DNA of 64,000 bases from Pecten maximus. Lineage: Eukaryota. Every line of letters starts with the position of its first letter. Within the stretch, counting starts at the first letter, position 1. The stretch spans positions 17,794,001-17,858,000 of the forward strand of contig NC_047024.1 in the NCBI RefSeq assembly GCF_902652985.1, given 5' to 3'. Below, piece by piece: positions 53,556 through 64,000 of this stretch. The notes under the pieces were generated by a model that was given only the letters and a program-made list of their open reading frames with translations, had not been told where the DNA came from and did not search any database. The translations under genes and the position numbers were made by a program.

Positions 53556-55600
53556 TGAGAGATGTATTGTTATTGGGTACATCTGTTCTCCACACTTTAG
53601 AGATGCATTGTTATCGGGTACATCTGTTCTCCACACTTTGGAGATGTGTTGTTATTGGGTACATCTGTTCTCGGTACTTTAGAGATGTATTGTTATTGGG
53701 TACATCTGTTCTCCACACTTTATAGATGTGTTGTTATTGTGTACATCTGTTCTCCACACTTTAGAGATGTGTTGTTTTTGGGTATATCTGTTCCCCACAC
53801 TTTAGAGATGTATTGTTATTGTGTATATCTGTTTCCCACACTTTAGAGTTGTATTGTTATTGGGTATATCTGTTCCCCACACTTAAGAGATGTCTCGTTA
53901 TTGGGAACTTCTGTTCATATCTGTTCTCCACACTTTAGAGATGTCTCGTTATTGTGTATATCTGTCCTTCACACTTTAGAGATGTCTCGTTATTGGATAT
54001 ATCTGTTCCTCACACTTTAGAGATGTATTGTTATTGGGTACATCTGTTCTCCACACTTTAGAGATGTATTGTTATTGGGTATCTGTTCTCCACACTTTAG
54101 AGTTGTATTGTTATTGTGTATATCTGTTCCCCACACTTTAGAGATGTATTGTTATTGTGTACATCTGTTCTCCACACTTTAGAGATGTATTGTTATTGGG
54201 TACATCTGTTCTCCACACGTTAGAGATGTATTGTTATTGGGTACATCTGTTCTCCACACTTTAGAGATGTGTTGTTATTGGGTACATCTGTCCTCGGTAC
54301 TTTAGAGATGTATTGTTATTGGGTACATCTGTTCTCTACACTTTAGAGATGTATTGTTATTGTGTACATCTGTTCTCCACACTTTATAGATGTATTGTTA
54401 TTGTGTACATCTGTTCTCCACACTTTATAGATGTGTTGTTATTGTGTACATCTGTTCTCCACACTTGAGAGATGTGTTGTTATTGGGTACATCTGTTCTC
54501 CACACTTTATAGATGTATTGTTATTGGGTATATCTGTTCCCCACACTTTAGAGATGTATTGTTATTGGATAAATCTGTTCTCCACACTTGAGAGATGTAT
54601 TGTTATTGGGTATATATGTTCCCCACACTTTAGAGATGTATTGTTATTGGGTATATATGTTCTCCACACTTTGGAGATGTCTTGTTATTGTGTATATCTG
54701 TTCTCCACACTTTAGAGATGTATTATTATTGGGTATATCTGTTCTTCACACTTTAGAGATGTATTGTTATTGGGTATATCTGTTCATATCTGTTCTCCAC
54801 ACTTTAGAGATGTATTGTTATTGGGTATATCTGTTCGTATCTGTTCTCCACACTTTAGAGATGTCTCGTTATTGTGTATATCTGTCCTTCACACTTTAGA
54901 GATGTCTTGTTATTGTGTATATCTGTCCTTAACACTTTAGAGATGTCTTGTTATTGGGTATATCTGTCCTTCACACTTTAGAGATGTCTCGTTATTGGGT
55001 ATATCTGTTCTCCACACTTTAGAGATGTATTATTATTGGGTATATCTGTCCTTCACACTTTAGAGATGTCTCGTTATTGTGTATATCTGTCCTTCACACT
55101 TTAGAGATGTCTTGTTATTGTGTATATCTGTTCCTCACACTTTAGAGATGTATTGTTATTGGGTATATCTGTTCGTATCTGTTCTCCACACTTTAGAGAT
55201 GTCTCGTTATTGTGTATATCTGTCCTTCACACTTTAGAGATGTCTTGTTATTGTGTATATCTGTCCTTCACACTTTACAAAGGTATTGTTATCGGGTATA
55301 TCTGTTCTCCACACTTTAGAGTTGTATTGTAATTGGGTATATCTGTTCTCCACACTTTAGAGATGTATTGTTATTGGGTATATCTGTTCCCCACACTTTA
55401 GAAAGGTATTGTTATCGGGTAGATCTGTTCTCGACACTTTAGAGATGTCTTGTTATTGAACATATCTGTTCTCTACACTTTAGAGATGCGTTGATATTGG
55501 ATATATCTGTTCTCAATACTTTAGAGATGGATAGATTTTGTTCCATACATTTTAGAGATGTAATGCTGTTGGTTAAGTCTATTCTCCATACTTTAGAGTT
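53556..55600. repeat. 41-bp minisatellite, about 50 copies
   Basis: Unit gagatgtattgttattgggtacatctgttctccacacttta, head to tail, decaying at the right end. Confidence 0.95.
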
Positions 55601-56092
55601 GCATTCGTTCATTGCTTATATCACATCACTTGGTATGATTTGAATAGTTCATTATTTTTATTTAATTTTTGTAGCGTTTGTTATTGATATTGAAATGAAG
55701 TTAACACTTTTAATTTACGTATTGATTTTCATTAGATATAACAGTGTATATGATGAAAAACAGGTTATAAAATTCGCATTTAATATCATACTTTTTTTTA
55801 CATACGAAGGAGATACTGTTACTTTTAGTCACTCATTCCATACTGACTATGTTTTTCTTTTTATGACTCATTTGACAATATCAGTTAAATAACAACAATA
55901 CTGCCAACGATATATCAAATGGCTTTATTTAAAACCAAACAATTAACATACAAAATAAAAAATAATATAATTTAAAACTAATGTGACTTGGCAAGATATG
56001 ACAATTTAGTTCAATGTCATTTTAGCACCTCAATATTATGTTAATGAGTTCATAACACATTGAAATTATGTCTTTAATCGGATGATAAAAGT

Positions 56093-57992
56093 TTATTCCT
56101 CCATACATTCACCGGAAATGACGACATAGTCTCTCACGACACGTCTGTGTTGACGAGTGTCTTTTTGAAGGTTCCATGCGTAACTATATTTGTCCAAAGT
56201 GTCTACTTCAGCAAAAGATTTCTTATTCAAGATTGCCCTTCTCACAAACACTTTGCAGCCCTGTTCGATAATGCTTTTTATTTGTCTGCGAAGTCGTTGT
56301 TTCGCTCCAAACAGAAGATTGTATTCCCATTCACGATTGTCAATAGTACCGGAAATGACCTTGGAGAACATCACGTGGCGTTTTCCACGTGCCTTTGTTT
56401 GTACTACTACCTCATAGAGGGCTGATTTACAATTGTCTCTGAATAGTTGGACACGTCTATGACATGCTCCCCTGAAGTTCCGCGTGAATCCACGTTTTGT
56501 CTTTTCTTCATTCACGTCTGTTGGAATGTACGCCAGTCGCCATGACGACCAATTTAAACAGTTGCACGTGAAGGCTTTATTCGTTGTTTTCTCTCTTGGA
56601 ATCATATCAGCATCATCACCATTGCTCTTGAGTTTATTCTGGAAAAATGAAATAGATAATTATTAGTTGATGTTGAATTCACAGCAGCTTAAACAAATTA
56701 ATATCAAGAAAAGAAATTTAATCTTAGATCATTGCCGAAGGAATTTATTTACAGTGATTAGTATTCAAATCTTTTTTTAATATTTGGAATTTAAAATTTT
56801 GTTTAAAATGTAAAGCCTCTAAAAACCAGTCGTTACCTTTATATTGCTGACAGTGACGTTCCTTCGCTTGGGATTCACCCTTGGCCTAATAGGAGTCACC
56901 TTTGGTATTGGCATTGTAACAGTCGTTGTTGTAGATGACATTGGTGAAATAAGTGGCGGGGCTGGGTGAATGTCACTTGTACCAGAATCGGCCTTCCTCA
57001 GAGTTCCAAATAATCCCTCTAGGTCTCTGTTAATACCACCTGACCCATATCGACCTCGGACCTCGGCTTCGTAGCCCTGTAATAGACAAATTGGAAATTA
57101 TTGATATTTGTCTGAACGAAGCTTTAATTTTATCTAAATGATAGATAACAAATAATTTATTGTATACTAATCCATTTTATATGCCAGTTAAACTTTTATG
57201 TGTTTTTGGCAGTGTTTGATACTTACAGAAAATAGATCCTCGCCCCTCTCCCGATAACAAATAGCCATGAGGAAGTCACAGATGTTGGAAAATTCGCTCA
57301 GCTTGAGGTAATGTCCTTCTGTGTTTGTGGAAATCGTCTTGTAGAAGTCCTCAACATCTTGGTGATCAAACACCTGGACACCATATATTTTCACACCCTG
57401 AAAAATAAAGATTGATATTGTTGATTATACAGGAATTAACTCAGTGCTCTTTAGAGATAAATATTGATATTATAATGGTATAATTATTTCTGAATAATAC
57501 AGGTTATTGATAAGTTATGGTTCCATTACTTACCATATTGTGAAGATCATTGACTTCTGCTCTCCAGTCAATGTTATCAACATTCAGTTCATATTCAGGT
57601 TCATGGGGTTTGGCGTCTCCAATCATGACCAGGATTTTCTGTGATGCTGGTGTCCATGTGAAATTTTGTCGGACCATTCGGAGAATTAATTCATAACATT
57701 CATCTTCATCTCCGCCACCAGTTCCTTCCACACCCTTCACGAAGTTACAAAGTTCTACAACGTTTGTACAGAGGTCAAGTTCCTTGGTCAAGTAGAAGAC
57801 TTTGTCGTCACAGTAATCGCCATGGGCTATGACACCAATTCTGATGCCGGGAATATCAGCCTGGAGGCGCTGTATCATGTCCTGTAGCCTTCCCTGGACC
57901 TCCTCAAGTATGGAGGACATGGATCCGGTAGTATCAAAGGAGAAGACGATTTCAAGGAGTCCTCCAGGTGGAAGCATGGGTGGTGCCGCCAT
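56093..57992 (-). CDS. VWA + ET-like domain protein, copy C, 471 aa; exons 57992-57534, 57397-57227, 57076-56837, 56638-56093
   Basis: Same exon lengths and splice sites as copy A; intact ORF. Promoter with GAACAAGTTT (58531-58522) and a TATA box. Confidence 0.9.
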
Positions 57993-60900
57993 GATTATTA
58001 AATCTGAAAGGAGATTTATAGTTCAATTAAATTACTTATTCGTACATACTACTTTGATATAAAATGACATTATTTTTTAGATTTGTTATATTCAATACTT
58101 TATGACAGTATTGTCTGAGCTCCTGATGGAAAGGAGCAGTATCTTAAGGTGAACATATTTGTTCTTTTTAAACACTGTATAAGATTTGTTGTAATTGGGC
58201 AAAATAAAGATACCTTAGAAGTTATGGTAAAGACTGTGGGGTTTACAGCTAATATTAACAACGCTACCTAGAAATAGTAATGATTAAGTTACGTTCTCTA
58301 ATTGAAAGCCTATAAGATTTGTTTATATTAATCACCTTTTTCTAATAACCTAAGAGTAAGGTAGCTTAGGTATATGTAGTTTACCAGTTGATAGCTTTAC
58401 ACTGTATAAGTGTGTAGTCGTAGGTATCGTACAGTGTATGTGTTCACCTCGCCGATCCAATACACACTGCTGCCTGTCGTCTGCTCGCAGCCCTATTTAT
58501 ACTGTTTACTGCGGCAGGCTGAAACTTGTTCGCTAAAAATACGCTACTACATGTTTGATAACGAACACCACTTCATTGGAAATTATCAGAGGAGTATCGA
58601 GTTAGAAATCGCGTCAGAGTGTATTCGGACTTTTTCGTAGAATTAAGCCTTGCGTCTACAACTATGCATGAGTCAGCACAGTTAGAATATGAAAGGCCTC
58701 AGTGGACCGCCGTATATATATTTATGAAGACCATGCCTCTTTAAAAGTATTATCCTTGATAATTTTCAATAAACGTATAATATTCATTTCATCATAATGT
58801 TCATGCGACACTGGAATTGTATTAACTCATTATATAAATGTGATACGCTACAGTATATATATCGATAGACAGAACGAAAACACAACAAGGATTATATAAA
58901 TTATCAATTTAGTCAAATTCTCAGTCATGTATATATATGATATCTCGATTCTATTAAAAAAATGATCGAATGTTACACATTGTTCTGTATGTAAGCACGT
59001 GTGTGTTCATTTCCATATACATGTAGTCTTTATTGACTTACGCACGATCTGCTATGTAACATAAATACGTTATATTACAATAATATATGTCAGACTTTCG
59101 GTGATACATAGTATGGTAAAATATGTTACCTCAGTTCTTGCTTCTATTAACATTGATTCCTAGAGTTGATATATAATATTTGGTATTATAAGTTCAGTAT
59201 ATATACATTTCTACAATGTCACATCCTCCTTTAAATTACCCGTTTTCGTAATGATTTAATCAATATATGTATTATCATAAGCATTGTATTTAGTGTGCCG
59301 AATCTCCGGATTAAGTAATGCGAAAATATTATAAGTACTCGTATCAATAGATAATGTATTTGTGGCTGCTGTTGATGTAAGGGTCCTATTATCAGTTGGA
59401 TAACGAGTTACACGCAATATACATGCACCCAGATGTAATATTGTTCATGATTAACCAAGATTTTTTCGAAAAAAAAAATTCATTTGTTTGACTTTTGTTT
59501 TTATTTGATTGTGAGAGAATATTTTAATTAGATATTTCCGATCCTTGAATAGCTTATTTCTGAACACCATTGGATAAAACACTTTCATTATTTGAATCTA
59601 CAAAATATTGTACTTTGAGTTACGTTATGATGTGCTGTGTTTTATCAACAGTATTAATGAACTTGACAATAAGGTTTTGAAACGACGAAGCCGTTTCTAT
59701 ATATACCATATCAGATGGTAATTGTATATAGTGATCGTAATATAGAATTATAAGTTTATTCTTATGTTCTTCCTGGTCATTTCATTTCAATTTATTTATT
59801 TATTTTTTTCAAAAATATTAAATCACTATGTGTTGGTTCCTCATATAAAGGTAGTTTGTCGTTAAACCACAAAGTACATGGAACCCAAGCAAGTCAACGT
59901 AGTATACCGTATTATGCAGTGGGTTATTTTTCCATTTTATTTATTTATATTGTGTTAACACCCAGTTGCCTATTTTCAATGTTAGGTTTATATTTGTATT
60001 ACTTCCACTCTTTGTGATTCGTTTGACCTTAGCAGATATCCTCGTTTCGCCTCTGATGTTTAACTGTTGTTTTTTCATTATTTGTTTATTTCCCGTTCAT
60101 GCTATTTTACCTTCTGTCTTGAAGTCACATGCATACCCATTGTACTGGTTATCGATTCCTAGTTCAAATTGTGACATTGTATGAGGAATGATACATACTA
60201 TTTCTAATATTTGTTTTTATATTCTCAATGATTTCATTCCAAACTACTGTCAGTGGTTTATATTTTGGTCCACTGGACTTTTAGCGTATAGCTGAATTTA
60301 AACTGGTCAACGAAATGATGAATTAGCATATCCACAATATTTTCGTAGATAATATTGTAATATTTCTTCTGCAATTTGCGATTAGCACTAGTATAAATTA
60401 GCAAAAATATTTCAGTCCAAATGCGCTAAAAAAACTATTACGACTGCTATATGTATCGCTATCAATTAATCCGCTCATTATCAACATATCTTAATAACGT
60501 TTGTAAGATGAGTTTTGTTCATTTTTCGACATAAACATGTCTATATAATCAGAGAAATTGAATTGATCAAATTTTCTTCAATAATGCGTTATCGACTCCT
60601 GTAAACTAAAGTGCATGTCAGGAGAGTTCAGTCAATAATTACATGTATGTGTTTGATATTACATGTACATATGTATATATACTGATCGTTTATATATACA
60701 TCCATATACAACTGCAAAACATCAAAATGTTAGATCTAAAGCGATATTTATCATCCAGGAACTTCTTACCCTATTATTCATATTACGTTGAGTGTTGGTT
60801 TTATTTTCGTTTGTTTTCATATTTCTTCACACCACAAGTTTAATGTTTTCTTGCATTACGGATAATGTTACTATATTGAAATACATTTTCTGAATACAGT

Positions 60901-61190
60901 TTGAATTTTATTCCTTGATATTATAAGACGATGGTCATCTGTTAACCATTTGACCATTGATATACCACGACAAAGATAAATCAATATTAATGTTTATTTC
61001 AAACACAACAATAACAAGATAGGTAAAGAGTAATACGAACAATACATACATATGACACATTTATATAACAAATACAAAATACAAATGAAAGGGCAATCAA
61101 ATTAATGAAATGGCAATTTACTTCGATATCACATGCTGTTCATATATTTCTTATTTCATCACTTAAGTATGAGTGTCACAAATCTTAAAT

Positions 61191-63096
61191 TCATTCCTCC
61201 ATACATTCACCGGAAATAACTAAAAAGTCTCTCACGACACGTCTGTGTTGACGAGTGTCTTTTTGAAGGTTCCATGCGTAACTATATTTGTCCAAAGTGT
61301 CCACTTCAGCAAGGGATTTCTTACTCAGGACTGCCCTTCTTACAAATACTTTGCAGCCTTGTTCGACAACACTTTTTATTTGTCTGCGAAGTCGTTGTTT
61401 CGCTCCAAACAGAAGATTGTATTCCCATTCACGATTGTCAATAGTACTGGAAATGACCTTGGAGAACATCACGTGGCGTTTTCCACGTGCCTTTGTTTGT
61501 ACTGCTACCTCATAGAGGGCTGATTTGTAATTGTCTCTGAATAATTGGACACGCCTATGGCATGCTCCCTTGAAGTTCCGCCTGAATCCACGTTTTGTCT
61601 TTTCTTCATTCACGTCTGTTGGAATGTACGCCAGTCGCCATGACGACCAATTTAAACAGTTGCACGTGAAGGCTTTATTCGTTGTTTTCTCTCTCGGAAT
61701 CATATCAGCATCATCACCATTGTTCTTGAGTTTGTTCTGGAAAAAAATAAATAGATAGTTATTAGTTGATATTGCATTCACAGCAGCTTAAACAAGTTAA
61801 TATCAAGAGAAGAAATTTAATCTTTAAGCATTGGCGAAGGAATTTATTTACAGTGATTAGTATTCAAATTTTGGTTTGATATTTGGAATTTTAGATTTTG
61901 TTTAAAATGTAAAGCCTCTAAAAACCAGTCGAGTCGTTACCTTAATATTGCTGACAGTGGCGTTCCTTCGCTTAGGATTCATCCTTGGCCTCATAGGAGT
62001 CACCTTTGGTGTTGGCATTATAACAGTCGTTGTTGTAGATGACATTGGTGAAATAAGTGGCGGGGCTGGGTGAATGTCACTTGTACCAGAATCGGCCTTC
62101 CTCAGAGTTCCAAATAATCCCTCTAGGTCTCTGTTAATACCACCTGACCCATATCGACCTCGGACCTCGGCTTCGTAGCCCTGTAATAGACAAATTAGAA
62201 ATTATTGATATTTGTCTTAACGATGCTTTAATTTTATCTAAATGATAGATAACAAATCATTTATTGTATACTAATCCATTTTATATGCCAGTTAAACTTT
62301 TATGTGTTTTTGGCAGTGTTTGATACTTACAGAAAATAGATCTTCGCCCCTCTCCCGATAACAGATAGCCATGAGGAAGTCACAGATGTTGGAAAATTCG
62401 CTCAGTTTGAGAAAATGTCCTTCTGTGTTTGTGGAAATCGTCTTGTAGAAGTCCTCAACATCTTGGTGTTCAAACACCTGGACACCATATATTTTCACAC
62501 CCTGAAAAATAAAGATTGACATTGTTGATTATACAGGAACTAACTCAGTCCTCTTAAGAGATTCATATTGATATTATAAAAGTATAGTTATGTCTGATTA
62601 ATACGGCTTATCGATCATTTATGGTTCCATTACTTACCATATTGTGAAGATCATTGACTTCTGCTCTCCAGTCAATGTTATCAACATTCAGTTCATATTC
62701 AGGTTCATGGGGTTTGGCGTCTCCAATCATGACCAGGATTTTCTGTGATGTTGGTGTCCATGAGAAATTTTGTCGGACCATTCGGAGAATTAATTCATAA
62801 CATTCGTCTTCATCTCCGCCACCAGTTCCTTCCACACCCTTCACGAAGTTACAAAGTTCTACAACGTTTGTACAGAGGTCAAGTTCCTTGGTCAAGTAGA
62901 AGACTTTGTCGTCACAGTAATCGCCATGGGCTATGACACCAATTCTGATGCCGGGAATATCCGCCTGGAGGTGCTGAATCATGTCCTGTAGCCTTCCCTG
63001 TACCTCCTCAAGTATGGAGGACATGGATCCAGTAGTATCAAAGGAGAAGACGATTTCAAGGAGTCCTCCAGGGGGAAGGATGGGTGGTGCCGCCAT
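61191..63096 (-). CDS. VWA + ET-like domain protein, copy D, 471 aa; exons 63096-62638, 62501-62331, 62180-61941, 61736-61191
   Basis: Same exon lengths and splice sites as copy A; intact ORF. Promoter with GAACAAGTCT (63727-63718) and a TATA box. Confidence 0.9.
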
Positions 63097-64000
63097 GATT
63101 ATTAAATCTGAAAGGAGATTTATAGAACAGTTATAGTATGTGCTCCTCCATTACTTTATTTAAATGGTATACTGTAGATAAATATAAGTGAAGTGTGCTA
63201 ACGATTGGTAATATTTACGTCTATACAATGAAAACTTCTAAACTTGCATGAAGATAATAGAAATATTACTGAATTTTGTTTTGTTGAAAACCTATAATTA
63301 TTTCGTTGAAATCACCTTAACCTTAACTTTACGTAGTAGGCCTATATGAAATGAAACAGTCTCTTAAGGCGAACTTTCTTTATAATCCTTACATACGATT
63401 TGTTACTATCAGGGCAAATGAAGGTAAATGCTGTGAGGTTTACTAGCTAAATTTTAACACCAATTACGCTTCCCATAAAATAGTAATGATTAAGTTTGAC
63501 ATTCTTATTCAAAACCTTTAAGATTTGTTTACATTAATCACCTTTTCTAATAACCGTAGAGTAGCTAGGTATATGTAGTTTATAACCAGTCGATACACTG
63601 TATACGTGTGTAGTCGTAGGTATAGTACAGTGAATGTGTTCACCTTGCTGATCCAATACACACTGCTGCCTGTCGTCTGCTCGCAGCCCTATTTATACTG
63701 TTTCACGCGGCAGGATGAGACTTGTTCGCTAAAATACGCTTCTACATGTTTGATCGATTGGTATTGGCGCGCGGAAAAAGGCAAAGATGTACCGAATTAG
63801 AAAAATACGTCACAGGCTTTTCGGACTTCTTTATAGAAACCCTCACATCTATAATTATACATATGTCAGCATGTTTAGTATAGAATAAGACAGTATATAG
63901 ACTGTAGCACTATTTCAAGTAATTCGTTTAAAAAATCATTACATACACACGTATAATTTAACAGTAATTATTATTGTATATAGTCATTGTGTAAGGTGTT

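Larger units (their letters stand above)
42315..64000. repeat. Large inverted segmental duplication: arm 1 ~42315-50004, arm 2 56093 to beyond 64000
   Basis: The A-B intergenic region is the reverse complement of the C-D intergenic region (e.g. taggaatcgataaccagtacaatgggtatg at 46091 vs catacccattgtactggttatcgattccta at ~60132). The A upstream region matches the D upstream region up to the window end. Confidence 0.9.

Noticed and set aside
52617-55332. Repetitive ORFs (ISTYTLVTYKVIGST; LEMYCYWV...)
   Set aside because: Translations of the 45- and 41-bp minisatellites, with no gene structure.
51790-55600. CRISPR-like regular repeats
   Set aside because: Units are head to tail with no unique spacers, there are no cas genes and the context is eukaryotic. 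These are minisatellites.
43131-62936. Recurring antisense ORFs over the VWA genes (MTPILMPG..., MFKVSTSARD..., etc.)
   Set aside because: Shadow frames, conserved only because the sense genes are recent duplicates.

Overview
AT-rich, intron-rich animal genomic DNA. The repeat families (tRNA-derived SINEs with a shared aaacc tail, a HINE/Helentron satellite carrier, Kolobok-type TTAA elements) point to a bivalve mollusc; this is inferred, not proven. Left to right: (1) the 5' part of BDP1 (TFIIIB B'' subunit) on the minus strand, with transposons in its introns; (2) a divergent, intronless PrdX/PRORSD1-like aminoacyl-tRNA editing ORF; (3) a HINE with a 155-bp satellite array and a decayed ISL2EU/Harbinger transposase with nested insertions; (4) a 4-exon Shisa-like single-pass membrane protein gene; (5) a 13-exon MFSD1-like transporter gene. 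Genes (4) and (5) are largely missed by the ORF track and were assembled by hand from splice sites. (6) Four intact 471-aa genes arranged ->-> <-<- as a large inverted duplication around a minisatellite-filled spacer. Each encodes an intracellular VWA domain, an S/T/P/basic linker and a C-terminal domain resembling the GIY-YIG-like domain of plant EFFECTOR OF TRANSCRIPTION proteins. All four promoters keep a p53-type RRRCWWGYYY half-site about 20 bp upstream of the TATA box. This array is the best candidate for an undescribed system.
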